DNA from: Bacillota bacterium
Lineage (GTDB): Bacteria > Bacillota > Sulfobacillia > Fermentithermobacillales > Fermentithermobacillaceae
Direction: 5' to 3'
DNA: 64,000 bases
Assembly: GCA_040766745.1 (NCBI GenBank)
Contig: JAXGPX010000008.1
Span: forward strand, 11,813 to 75,812
Part shown: in pieces, positions 48,521 through 58,617 of the stretch
How the letters are laid out: every line of letters starts with the position of its first letter
Position numbering within the stretch: position 1 is the stretch's first letter
Made by a program: the position numbers and the translations under genes
The notes under the pieces: model-generated
What the model was told of the DNA's origin: nothing
What the model saw: only the letters and a program-made list of their open reading frames with translations
Database searches by the model: none

Positions 48521-49453
48521 ATGCTTATTCGTGTTCAGAATTTAGTGAAGCGGTACGGAAACCTGCTTGCACTGGATCATTTCGGCCTTCAGGTAAGAGA
48601 GGGCGAGATTGTAGGTTTGCTCGGGCCCAACGGGTCGGGCAAGACAACGGCAATTAACTGTATCCTGGCGCTGCTGAGGTACGACAAGGGCACTATCGAG
48701 GTGTTTGGAAGGCCCATGACGCCGGATGCCTACGACATAAAACGGAATATCGGTATTGTCATGCAGAACGTGGCTGTCTTCAATGAGCTGCGGGTGGATG
48801 AGAACATTGACTACTTCTGCGGCCTGTATGTTCAGGATGCCAGCACACGCCGCAGGCTGGTTGAAGAGGCCATGGACTTTGTGGGGCTGGGCCAATTCCG
48901 CAAGTTCTATCCCAAGAAACTTTCAGGAGGGCTGTTACGCCGGCTGAATATCGCCTGTGGTATCGCCCACAAACCGAGGCTCCTCATACTTGATGAACCA
49001 ACCGTTGCAGTGGACCCACAGAGCAGGAATAGTATTCTTGAAGGCATCCGGGAGCTCAACCGGAACGGCACGACTGTAGTATACACCTCCCATTACATGG
49101 AAGAGGTCGAGCAGCTGTGTACCCGCATTGTAATCATGGATAAAGGGAAAACACTGGCTACGGGAACTACAGAGGAACTAAAGGCGATGATTAACGACGG
49201 AGAAACCATCAGCGTGGAGATGTATGTGCTAGATCCTGATCATCTGGCCAAGATCCGTCAGCTGCCCCACGTGACCCGGGCCCATTATTCCGACAACCGT
49301 CTGTCAGTACACTATGACGGTGGCCAGCATAACTTGCTCCGTTTGCTTGACCATCTGAAGGCGCAGGATATCTCCTTTAACAGGGTCTTTTCAGAGCAGC
49401 CAACGCTTAACGATGTGTTCCTTGAGATTACCGGCAGGCAACTCAGGGACTGA
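48521..49453 (+). CDS. ABC transporter ATP-binding protein (ABC-2/YvfR-like)
   Basis: Walker A GPNGSGKTT; signature LSGGLLRR; Walker B LILDEPTVAVD. Confidence 0.85.
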   Translation: MLIRVQNLVKRYGNLLALDHFGLQVREGEIVGLLGPNGSGKTTAINCILALLRYDKGTIEVFGRPMTPDAYDIKRNIGIVMQNVAVFNELRVDENIDYFCGLYVQDASTRRRLVEEAMDFVGLGQFRKFYPKKLSGGLLRRLNIACGIAHKPRLLILDEPTVAVDPQSRNSILEGIRELNRNGTTVVYTSHYMEEVEQLCTRIVIMDKGKTLATGTTEELKAMINDGETISVEMYVLDPDHLAKIRQLPHVTRAHYSDNRLSVHYDGGQHNLLRLLDHLKAQDISFNRVFSEQPTLNDVFLEITGRQLRD

Positions 49454-49466
49454 GGAGGTGTACTCG

Positions 49467-50717
49467 GGGATGTTTATGCATTTGTTTGGATACCGGTTGA
49501 AATGCCTTGTGCGCGATAAGGAAACTGTCTTCTGGACGTTGATCTTTTCCATATTGTTGGCGACGCTGTTCTACTTTGCCTTCGGCCATCTCGTGGCAGA
49601 GCAGGAAAAATTCGAACCTGTCAAGGCCGTGGTAGTAGACAGTCAGAACTATCGCGAGAACGTTAGCTTCCGGCAGGTACTTGAGTCATTATCCAGGGAA
49701 GGGGAAAACCAGATACTTGAGCTGACTGTGGCCGGTGAGAAAGAAGCTGAGAAGTTGCTTGAAGATGGCAAGGTCGCTGGGATCATCACTGTTGGCGAGC
49801 CAGGTGGGCCAGGTGAAGCAGCACCAGATGGCTCAGGCGGCTCAGGTGAGCCGGGTGAGTCTGGCCAATCAGGCGGGTCAGGCCAGCCGGGTGTACCAGG
49901 CGAGTCAATCGGACTCACAGTGAAACAGCGGGGCATTAACCAGAGCATACTCAAGGCGATTTTGGACGAGTATGCACAAACGGCCAAGACAGTTACGGAT
50001 ATAGTTGCGAAGAACCCGGCCGCCCTGCGGCAGCTTATTGGGGATCTGCAAACTCGCAAGAGCTATACCGAGCAAGTGTCGTTTTCCGACGCAGTGCCTG
50101 ATACCATGCTGGGTTACTTCTACGCATTGATAGCCATGGCTTGTATGTATAGCAGCTTCTGGGGGCTGCGCAACACCATTGACCTTCAGGCTGATTTGTC
50201 AGCCCAGGGAGCGCGGCGCAGCGTGGCACCTACACACAAGATAAATGTAGTGTTGGCTGATGCTGCAGCGGCACTGGTCATCAGTTTTGCCGAAGTGCTG
50301 ATTCTCCTGGCGTATCTGGTGTTCGTACTAGGAATCAGTTTTGGGAATCAGCTTGGCTATGTATTGCTCACGTGTTTGGCAGGGAGTGTTGCAGGTGTCT
50401 CACTGGGCAACTTAATCGGTACAGTTAGCTCCGGGGGCGAGGGTGTCAAAACCGGAATTGTCATAGGCACGAGTATGACCATGAGCTTCCTGGCAGGTTT
50501 GATGTGGGTTGATATGAAATACGCTGTTGCATCCAAGGCTCCGGTGCTTTCTTACATCAATCCGGCGGCTTTGATATCAGATGCATTTTACAGCCTGTAT
50601 GTGTTTGACACTCACCGCCGCTTCTTTATCAATATCGGCATGTTGTGCCTGATTTCGGCTGTGATGTGTACGGTAAGTTTTATGTGGCTTAGGAGGGAAA
50701 GGTATGCAAGTATTTAA
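49467..50717 (+). CDS. ABC-2 permease (YvfS-like) with Gly/Pro/Ser/Glu-rich low-complexity insertion in the extracellular loop
   Basis: N-terminal transmembrane helix, a large loop containing GEPGGPGEAAPDGSGGSGEPGESGQSGGSGQPGVPGES, then 5 transmembrane helices. Confidence 0.6.
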   Translation, partial: GMFMHLFGYRLKCLVRDKETVFWTLIFSILLATLFYFAFGHLVAEQEKFEPVKAVVVDSQNYRENVSFRQVLESLSREGENQILELTVAGEKEAEKLLEDGKVAGIITVGEPGGPGEAAPDGSGGSGEPGESGQSGGSGQPGVPGESIGLTVKQRGINQSILKAILDEYAQTAKTVTDIVAKNPAALRQLIGDLQTRKSYTEQVSFSDAVPDTMLGYFYALIAMACMYSSFWGLRNTIDLQADLSAQGARRSVAPTHKINVVLADAAAALVISFAEVLILLAYLVFVLGISFGNQLGYVLLTCLAGSVAGVSLGNLIGTVSSGGEGVKTGIVIGTSMTMSFLAGLMWVDMKYAVASKAPVLSYINPAALISDAFYSLYVFDTHRRFFINIGMLCLISAVMCTVSFMWLRRERYASI

Positions 50718-51921
50718 GGCATATTTCAAAGTGATGCGCGGCTCGACGGTATCTCTGGCAATTAACCTTAGTGTCTTCCTTGGGCTTGCAGTGCTTTTCT
50801 CTGTTCTGGCGCCTTCAACTGCCGTAGTCGATTTTGAGCCGGCCAGGACTCCTGTGGCCGTGATTAACAGGGACGGAGACGCGAAGCTCGCCCAGGGCCT
50901 GGTTGATTACCTTGCCCGTACCAGCCGGTTAGTACAGTATCCAGATGATGAGGAGAAACTCCAGGATGCGCTCTTCTATCGTAAGGTGGAGTACATCGCC
51001 ATTATCCCAGCGGGTTTTTCAGAGGCATTCATGTCCGGGAGAGATTGCCCTATCCAAAAAGTGATCGTGCCTGATTCTACCAGCAGTTACTATGTTGACA
51101 TGAGCATCAATAAGTTCCTCAACACTGTGAGGCTCTACAGGGCCTATGGCGAAGGAGGCGTAGAGGGCGAGAACGGTGAAAATGGTGAAAGCGGTGACAA
51201 CCGTTCCCAGGCCCGCCTGGCGGAGGCCGCCATGGCAAATCTGGCTCTTGACACCCCGGTAACCATGAAATCGTTCGGTGGTTCAAACGGTGATCGCCCA
51301 GGGCATTCCTACTACTTCGCGTACTGTGCGTATGCGCTGCTTGCCATGGTTATGACAGGTGTAAGTTCAATCATGATAGCGTTCAACGAGTCAGATTTGT
51401 ACCTGCGCAACTTGTGTGCTCCGCTTCCGCGCCGTAACATGAGCCTGCAGCTGGCTGCCGGCCATAGCGTGTTCGCTCTGGGGTGCTGGACAATACTTGT
51501 GATTGGCAGTTTGATCTTGCACGGTAAAAACCTGCTTTCTTCCGGGCTTTTGGGATTGTACTCCCTCAATACACTGGCCTTTGCTGTTGTATGTGCCAAT
51601 ATTGGCTTCCTGGTGGGGAGTTCAGTAAAGAGCCGTGGTGCACAAGCGGGAGCAGTCAACGTGATTGCCAATGGACTGAGTTTCTTGGGCGGAGTGTTCG
51701 TACCTCAGTCAATCATGAGCAAACCGGTGCTGGCTGTCTCCAAATTTCTGCCGTCATACTGGTTCATCCGGGCCAATGATGCTATCTGGGAGCTTGCGCG
51801 ATTTACAGCTGACACCTTGCGTCCCATATACGGTAGCATCTTGATTCAGCTTGGATTTGCTGTGGCGATATTTTCAGTAACGCTGCTTCTGAGCAAAGAA
51901 CGGAGGGTGTCGTATTTGTAG
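50704..51921 (+). CDS. Second ABC-2 permease paralog with a GEGGVEGENGENGESGDN insertion
   Basis: Same topology as the upstream permease; translationally coupled. Confidence 0.6.
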   Translation: MQVFKAYFKVMRGSTVSLAINLSVFLGLAVLFSVLAPSTAVVDFEPARTPVAVINRDGDAKLAQGLVDYLARTSRLVQYPDDEEKLQDALFYRKVEYIAIIPAGFSEAFMSGRDCPIQKVIVPDSTSSYYVDMSINKFLNTVRLYRAYGEGGVEGENGENGESGDNRSQARLAEAAMANLALDTPVTMKSFGGSNGDRPGHSYYFAYCAYALLAMVMTGVSSIMIAFNESDLYLRNLCAPLPRRNMSLQLAAGHSVFALGCWTILVIGSLILHGKNLLSSGLLGLYSLNTLAFAVVCANIGFLVGSSVKSRGAQAGAVNVIANGLSFLGGVFVPQSIMSKPVLAVSKFLPSYWFIRANDAIWELARFTADTLRPIYGSILIQLGFAVAIFSVTLLLSKERRVSYL

Positions 51922-52016
51922 GAGAATTCAGGTGCGTCTGACCCCATGTTGAGGTATTCAGTAAGCCTGAATACACCCGTATTGCGCAAACGGACAACAT
52001 AGAACAGCGAGGTACC

Positions 52017-53126
52017 GTGATTATGGAACGCAAATTGTCAACACTTCATATTCTGCTTCTCTGTCTTTCAGTCTGTTCAGTCTGTCTTTCAGCTTGCACC
52101 AATGGAGATAGGAGAGAGTCAAATGGTGCAGTTAGGCCTGAAAAACTGGGGTTTGAGGGTGGGAATCTCAATGCAGGAGGGCTAATGTGCGGCGACGGTA
52201 ATGGTTGGGTTTATTACCGCAGTGAAAGCGATTATTGGTGTTTGTACAAAGCAAAGCTTGATGGATCCGGCAAGGCTAAACTCAGTGACGGATGTCCTCA
52301 GAACATTAATGTTTTGGACGGGTGGGTGTATTACTCCAACTTCCGTGACGGATTCTCCATCTACCGAGTGCGAGTCGACGGCAAGGAGGAGACAAAGCTT
52401 GTAGATGGATACTGCAGCAATCTGTACGTGGCGGAAAGCGGTTTGTACTTCGATATGCGTGACGAGCATAATTCCGCCCAGATATACCATGCCAATCTCG
52501 ACGGTTCGGAGATGAAACTGATTATTCCTGATATGAAGCTCTGCTACTACTACGATGGCATAGTCTACTGCAGCAACACACAGAAGCTGTGCACTTACGA
52601 CCTGGAAACAGGTACTCTTTCGGCCATTTGTGAAGAGTATACATATAATGTCAGCGTCAACGATAGCGGGATTTACTTTTGGGATGTCAATAATGATTGT
52701 TTTTGCCGAATAGATGGCGTCAGAAGCACCGAGGTAATCGTCTCTGGCGGGGACTTCTATAACCTGACGGGCACGAAGCTCTATCATACCGGCTACGGAG
52801 GGGTGAGCAGCAAATCTGCCTGCATTTATTGCGTAGATGTGGATACCAAAGAACGCGAGAGGGTGCTCAGTCTGTCTGACCAGTATTTTGACATCGATGG
52901 CAACTTGCTTGGACTCACTGTAGATATGCAGATTACAGAAATAGTTGACGAATCTCTTTTTGACGATGAGGGCCAGTTTATTGGATACAGTGAAAATTGT
53001 TCTTACACATATGTTATTGAGGATTTGGCCTTTGCGCGCGGGTCTCTCCGTAAGAGTATATTTGAAACCGGCAAACTGGATTGTCTTATTCTGTTGGATG
53101 GGGGAAACGGTGTGGTTTGGGATTAG
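52017..53126 (+). CDS. Lipoprotein with DUF5050-like beta-propeller repeats
   Basis: Lipobox LSAC; repeated GWVYY(R/S)...DG segments (YWTD-like). Confidence 0.5.
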   Translation: MIMERKLSTLHILLLCLSVCSVCLSACTNGDRRESNGAVRPEKLGFEGGNLNAGGLMCGDGNGWVYYRSESDYWCLYKAKLDGSGKAKLSDGCPQNINVLDGWVYYSNFRDGFSIYRVRVDGKEETKLVDGYCSNLYVAESGLYFDMRDEHNSAQIYHANLDGSEMKLIIPDMKLCYYYDGIVYCSNTQKLCTYDLETGTLSAICEEYTYNVSVNDSGIYFWDVNNDCFCRIDGVRSTEVIVSGGDFYNLTGTKLYHTGYGGVSSKSACIYCVDVDTKERERVLSLSDQYFDIDGNLLGLTVDMQITEIVDESLFDDEGQFIGYSENCSYTYVIEDLAFARGSLRKSIFETGKLDCLILLDGGNGVVWD

Positions 53127-53794
53127 CGCGGTTGGATGAGTTGTTAGGCCGGCAATTTCAGGACTCGTTAGTTACGAGGTAGCCGCCTATTTGTTGGTGG
53201 GGGAGGCGTATCGTTTGATTTATGCATGTCCCAGGGCTGCAATCTCCACCGTTCTTTTATGGGGAGTAGGACAATGATTGAAGGATTCTACTGATTCACC
53301 ATAACTAGGGTCTTCCAGCCCCTGCAGGTATCTGACCACCTAGGGCCAAAAGGTGACCACCATGAGTAAGAAATAGTTTTCATATTTTCACCTCCAATGT
53401 GGCTCATAGCAGATTATCTGTTGAATTGCGAGCGAAAAGCGAAACTCCGTGGCCTTTATAGAGCAACCTATCTATGCATGCCCCAGTCGCAATCCAAAGT
53501 GCCCCCCCATTGTTGGGGGTATTATATTTGGGAGTCCTTCAAGGTACGTTGACATAGCAGTTCGCCCCAGGGTCTGCCTTTGCCGGAAGGCTGAAAGGCA
53601 GCTGTGACGTTGAATAGCAGATCACAATAAAAAACAAAAGGGCACTCACAAAAAATGTGGCAAACGCATCTATGTATGTGCCCTCTAATTACCCTTTGGT
53701 GTGTTCGTGTTCTATTTGAGGCCGCTATGGATCAAACTCCGAAAAGACCGTACCGCCTTGCCCTGCTTTGACTGTTATTCCAAGCCGTTATGAA

Positions 53795-54772
53795 CTAAAG
53801 TCCAAAAAGACGCCGTGCATTGTCACTTCGAATCATATTCTTTTCAGTTTCAGGAATATTCAGTGCTTCTACCACTCCCACTGCATTTTCCAGGCTTCCT
53901 ATTTGGTGTGGGTAATCGCTTCCAACCATAAATTGAGACGGTTCCATCTTAGATATTGCAAATTCCACTGTCTTGGGATCAAACAAGACGCAGTCGTAGT
54001 ACACCTCCCTGAGATACTCGCCGGGGGCCCTTTCTATGCCCTTGCACTCAGGGTAGGCATGAAAACCCCGGTCTAGCCGCTCGGCCAGGTAAGGAAGTGT
54101 ACCCCCTAAGTGTGAAGAAATGAGCTTTAGGCCCGGAAACTTATCTAGCAGTCCGGAGAAAATCAAACGTGCAACGCAGAGTGTGGTGTCGGTAGGGAAG
54201 CCTACGGTTGCAGCTAATCTAAAGTCCAAGAAAGCCTTAGAAGGTTCGGGTGTTGTCGGGTGGATGAACAGAGGAACTCCAAGCCTCCAAGCTGCCTCGA
54301 AGACGGGTTGAAACTCCTGGTGTTCAAGGGTCTTTCCATTTATGTTGGTGAAAACCGTTCCGCCTCGTAGGCCCAGGTTCTTTACTGCGTGCTCCAGTTC
54401 CAAGGCCGACTTTTCAGAATCCTGTAATGGGAGAGATGCCAATGCTTCGAAGTGTCGTTGGCTTTCTTTAACCGTCTTGCTGAATCCTTCATTTACCGCA
54501 CGGGCCAATTCTACTCCACGCCCGGCTTCTTCAATATGAACGCCAGGGGTTGTCATGGACAGAATCTGCACGTCAATTCCTGCATCTGCAATTGCCTGCA
54601 ATCGGAATTCTGCATCCCGATGCCCTAAATCCACGATGTTGAAATCACCTTCATATATCACCAACGGATTGCCTGACTCGGGATCCGTACCTGGTTTGGC
54701 AACACAGTTGCCTTTTGCAACGGCATCTAGGTAAGCCTTTGGGTAAAAGTGGTTGTGAACGTCAATAATCAT
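53795..54772 (-). CDS. Amidohydrolase-2 family protein (ACMSD-like metal-dependent hydrolase)
   Basis: N-terminal IIDVHNHFYP metal-binding motif; about 325 aa. Confidence 0.65.
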   Translation of the reverse strand: MIIDVHNHFYPKAYLDAVAKGNCVAKPGTDPESGNPLVIYEGDFNIVDLGHRDAEFRLQAIADAGIDVQILSMTTPGVHIEEAGRGVELARAVNEGFSKTVKESQRHFEALASLPLQDSEKSALELEHAVKNLGLRGGTVFTNINGKTLEHQEFQPVFEAAWRLGVPLFIHPTTPEPSKAFLDFRLAATVGFPTDTTLCVARLIFSGLLDKFPGLKLISSHLGGTLPYLAERLDRGFHAYPECKGIERAPGEYLREVYYDCVLFDPKTVEFAISKMEPSQFMVGSDYPHQIGSLENAVGVVEALNIPETEKNMIRSDNARRLFGL

Positions 54773-54977
54773 TTCTTTTCCTCCTGGTTATTGAAGTAGG
54801 TCACTGCATTTCGGCTCAGCACTGGAGCACTTCAGTTCAATGGGAATATAGTACTGTATACGTCCGAAATACAGCCAGAACTAGCTGTTGAGACTTGAGA
54901 CTTGAGACTTAGAACGCTACTGTCACCCCTTCATGTGATAATGGACCAACGATTGTCGATTGAATTGCCCAACACCA

Positions 54978-56453
54978 TCAAAAGTCTTTGGCATCAAATG
55001 CCGGGGCTGAATCCTTATCAATGGAAGGTTTAGCAGGAAAAATGAACACCCCTGAACTGGCATAGATGATGGCTATGAGAGGTGTTAACCAGTTAAGTAT
55101 CGCATAGGGTGCATATTGTGCAGGCGACACTTGGAGCATACCCTGGATGAAAAGGGCTGCAGTACTCCACGGTACCAGTGCCGCTCCCAAGGTTCCAGCA
55201 TCCTCTAAAGTTCTAGAAAGAACGCTTGGATGGATGTTGCGGTCTGCAAATGCCTGTTTGAAGGCTTGCCCAGGTAGAATGATTGCGAGCATTTGATTTC
55301 CGGATGCAAGGAGCACTAGAAAACATGATGAAATAACCGACAGTACCAAGCCTTGCGAGGTACTCACAACGGCGAGAAGTCTTCTGACAAGCACAGAGAC
55401 TATTCCTGACTCACGGAGCACCCCACCCATGCCTGTAGCCATTAGGATAAGAAGAATGGTGGGGAGCATGGCGCTGATTCCTCCCCTGGACAATAAGGTG
55501 TCCACAAGTGGATTACCAGATGTGGATACATGACCGGATGCCATTGAGACTGCTACGGCGTTCAGCGAGATTCTTTGTGTAACCAAAGCAGTCACTGCCG
55601 ACACCCCTATACCCGCCGTTAGAGCTGGAATAGGTGGCACCCGCTTTACAGCCAAGGCCAGAACTGTTAAAGCAGGGATAAGGGTAGCAGGCCCCAAATT
55701 GAAGGAGTCCGCCAGTGTTTCCTTGAATTGCGGAATTGTCTCATGGGACGTGATGGACGGAGATGTTCCTTGCCCAATAAACGTCAGCGCCAGAAGCGAC
55801 AGAACAAGAGCAGGCAGTGTTGTATAAAGCATGGACTTTATATGGTCGTAGATATTGCTACCCGAGACTGCCGGCGCTACGTTGGTCGTATCTGACAACG
55901 GCGACATTTTGTCGCCAAAGTATGCGCCCGAGACTATGGCTCCTGCTAGAAGTGGCGCAGGCACTCCCATTGCTTCGCCTATACCCATTAATGCAAGTCC
56001 TATGGTACTGATTGTGCCGAAGGACGTGCCGGTCACAATCGACGCCAGGCCGCACAATACACAAGCCGTAGGGACCAAATAGCGTGGGGACAGCCAACCC
56101 AGTCCGTAATATATGAGAGTCGGAATTGCTCCTCCAACTGCCCAAAGGCCGACAAGCATACCAATAAGCAGTAGTATGCAGGAAGCAGGAAGTCCATCGA
56201 GGACGCCGGAAAAAAGGGCAGATTGGATGTCTTTCCAGGGCATCTTGTTCATCCCGGCTCCAACGCAAGACACTACAATTGCCAGGAATAGAGGCAAATG
56301 CATGCCCGCTCCTAGTTTTAACCCGAATACAATTACTGAAAGAGCTAGCCCAAATACTATGAGGGCATGGGCAAAGGGAATTTGGTCCAAGACAGGGCTG
56401 CTGTGCTTTTCGGGGGCATTCAACTTTTGTATCTTTGGTTTTTCTTCTTTCAT
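54978..56453 (-). CDS. NhaC-family transporter (probable amino-acid transporter, T-box regulated)
   Basis: About 12 transmembrane segments with NhaC-like sequence; preceded by a T-box leader. Confidence 0.65.
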   Translation of the reverse strand: MKEEKPKIQKLNAPEKHSSPVLDQIPFAHALIVFGLALSVIVFGLKLGAGMHLPLFLAIVVSCVGAGMNKMPWKDIQSALFSGVLDGLPASCILLLIGMLVGLWAVGGAIPTLIYYGLGWLSPRYLVPTACVLCGLASIVTGTSFGTISTIGLALMGIGEAMGVPAPLLAGAIVSGAYFGDKMSPLSDTTNVAPAVSGSNIYDHIKSMLYTTLPALVLSLLALTFIGQGTSPSITSHETIPQFKETLADSFNLGPATLIPALTVLALAVKRVPPIPALTAGIGVSAVTALVTQRISLNAVAVSMASGHVSTSGNPLVDTLLSRGGISAMLPTILLILMATGMGGVLRESGIVSVLVRRLLAVVSTSQGLVLSVISSCFLVLLASGNQMLAIILPGQAFKQAFADRNIHPSVLSRTLEDAGTLGAALVPWSTAALFIQGMLQVSPAQYAPYAILNWLTPLIAIIYASSGVFIFPAKPSIDKDSAPAFDAKDF

Positions 56454-56533
56454 TCAAGCACCACCTTTCTATGAAGACAAAAACGAAAGCCATGTTGTCT
56501 CACCGCCTCGTGCGTCGCTACCCCCTTCCTATG

Positions 56534-56900
56534 AAAACAAAAACCCGCCCCTTGAAGGGACGGGTTGCTGACCCGCGGTACCACCCTAATTGGTTTGGAA
56601 CCCTGCTTTGCGGGCACGGCATTCCTGGGAAGGCCAAGCAGATAGTAAACTTGGCCGGATAAAGGCCCAAGGATGCGATGCCTTCTTCCTTGGTAACGGT
56701 GGAAGTCTCCGCCCTAGTCTACTCACACAGTCAGTGGGACAATGCCTGCCGTTGAATTTCCGGCAGCGGCCCGAACTTGAGACTGCGCTTTCAATCGGGG
56801 GCTCAAAGGGGTATTTCGTCTGGCTTGCTCTCCTGGTCTCACCAACCCAGGCTCTCTGTGCAGCCTTACCAGAGTACTTCTCCTTGTCATTGCCTGTTGT
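56534..56900 (-). promoter_or_regulatory. T-box riboswitch leader (tRNA-sensing antitermination) controlling the NhaC-family transporter
   Basis: Minus strand carries the canonical T-box AATTAGGGTGGTACCGCGG. The antiterminator has AGGG/CCCU and GCGGG/CCCGU helices around a UGGUACC bulge. The overlapping terminator is CCCGTCCC-TTCAA-GGGGCGGG + TTTTTGTTTT; then AAAGGTGGTG Shine-Dalgarno and ATG. Confidence 0.75.
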
Positions 56901-57182
56901 ACGTATTGGTAGACTTGTATCATACGAGATAGGAGCATGTCAACTTGGCAGCCTCTTCAGGATCGAGATCAGCCGCAAAGCGCACACCTTTCCAAACGCT
57001 GGTTCCCATTCCAGGCTTGAGGGGCTAGAATGATATTTGGAGCCGGCGTAAGACAGTAACAAGTATCGATCAACGGTTGAGAATCGGATTGTCAAGGAGT
57101 TCAGAGTCAAGTACAAAAGGCAGCCGGCGATACATGAGGAGCTGAATAGTGTGCCGGGCACCGGTCTAGGGGGGGAAAACAA

Positions 57183-57932
57183 ATGAGCCAGAACATTTTT
57201 GATAATGATGTGTTTTTCAAAAAGTATAGCGAATTGAGGAACAAAGAATACAGCTACAATAACCTTGTTGAGCAACCTGCGATAAAGGTATTATTGCCCG
57301 AGTTAGAAGGGAAATCCGTTCTTGACCTGGGTTGTGGGCATGGCGGCAATTGCACCGACTTTGTAAATAGAGGGGCAGCAGGTGTTGTTGGAATAGATAT
57401 TTCCCAGAAGATGCTGGATGTAGCAAAGAAGGAGAATTCACATGAACTGATAGAGTACATTGTCATGGATATGAGCGAAATTGGATGCTTAAAGCATAAG
57501 TTTGACCTGGTCTTTAGTTCTCTTGCGTTACATTATGTAAAGGATTTTGGAAAACTACTGCGTGATATTCGACATCTGCTGACCGACAATGGGATATTGC
57601 TGTTTTCTCAGGAGCATCCATTCACTACTGCTCCCAAATGTGGGCCATCATGGACAAAGGATGCACAGGGAATCAAAATACATTACAACTTAGCCGACTA
57701 CATGTGCAGCGGAGTACGGCATACAAAATTCTTTGCCAGTGATGATGCCGCTCATGTCGTGAAATATCACCGGCCGTTGTCTGAGATCATCGGTTCAATA
57801 ATATCCCAGGGCTTTGTGATAAACAACATTGTTGAACCGGTTCCGGATAAGCATGCCCTGGAGAAAAGGCCGGATTTGTATGATGAGTTCCATAAGACTA
57901 CGTGCATTATCATTAAGGCAACGAAGGTGTAA
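57183..57932 (+). CDS. Class I SAM-dependent methyltransferase
   Basis: SAM-binding motif I VLDLGCGHGG; 249 aa. Confidence 0.75.
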   Translation: MSQNIFDNDVFFKKYSELRNKEYSYNNLVEQPAIKVLLPELEGKSVLDLGCGHGGNCTDFVNRGAAGVVGIDISQKMLDVAKKENSHELIEYIVMDMSEIGCLKHKFDLVFSSLALHYVKDFGKLLRDIRHLLTDNGILLFSQEHPFTTAPKCGPSWTKDAQGIKIHYNLADYMCSGVRHTKFFASDDAAHVVKYHRPLSEIIGSIISQGFVINNIVEPVPDKHALEKRPDLYDEFHKTTCIIIKATKV

Positions 57933-58094
57933 CTGAGTACTGCGTATTTGGAGTTTACATAAGGCCCGGCGATTACCGTGCTTCTTCGAGTACTGCCGGT
58001 TGATGTTGCGAAAGGCCAGCTTTGTCAATAACCCAAGAAAGTCTTCTCTGCCAGGCGAAGTCGATAAGACTATACTGAAAGGGTGTACTGAAAG

Positions 58095-58540
58095 ATGACA
58101 GACACAGCTGCCTCCAAGAGAACCCAAGAATTTTTCAGAGGCTGCCTGATTGGCGGAGCCACAGGCGACGCTTTGGGGCAGGGTTGAGTACGACGGGTGG
58201 CTGCTCGGGGTCAAAGAACTCCATGCAGCAAGAGCCCCAGGTAACACCTGTATATCTGCCCTGCTTGGCGGAAGGCAAGGAACCATTGCCGGAGCAATCC
58301 GGGGGACTATCGAATCGATCTGCAAAGCCTGAAAACAGCGGGCTCGGCGAACTTTCTGATCACAAAGCCCGCAATAGCATCCTCATCTGGTCAAACGGCT
58401 TGGCGATCCGACACAGATACACAAATAAGCCAGCAGGGATGGCGATTGGTATTGGCGAATTGACAAGCGAGGAGACCGGTTTCCAGGCAAGTTTTCCTGT
58501 AAGGAAATCGGGTCTAAGAGGGTCAAGGAAGCCATGAATT
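58095..58540 (+). pseudogene. Frameshifted/truncated remnant of an ADP-ribosylglycohydrolase-family gene
   Basis: [28 protein letters not shown] matches the family N-terminal motif; it stops after 31 codons; the +1 frame continues ...[11 protein letters not shown]...; the whole remnant is under 450 bp. Confidence 0.4.
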
Positions 58541-58617
58541 TCCAGAAGTTCCTTCCGTTCTAAACTAGTGAAATTCCAGGCCAGGCTGGATGGAATTGAA
58601 GAAGAGAGCGAGATTAT

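Noticed and set aside
49790-49910. Collagen-like triple-helix domain in an ABC permease
   Set aside because: The Gly-X-Y periodicity breaks after two triplets. It is better described as a low-complexity flexible linker.
56640-56960. Cobalamin or lysine riboswitch, or RNase P/SRP-like RNA, in the nhaC upstream region
   Set aside because: There is no B12 box or L-box core. The presence of a canonical T-box sequence plus antiterminator/terminator explains the region.
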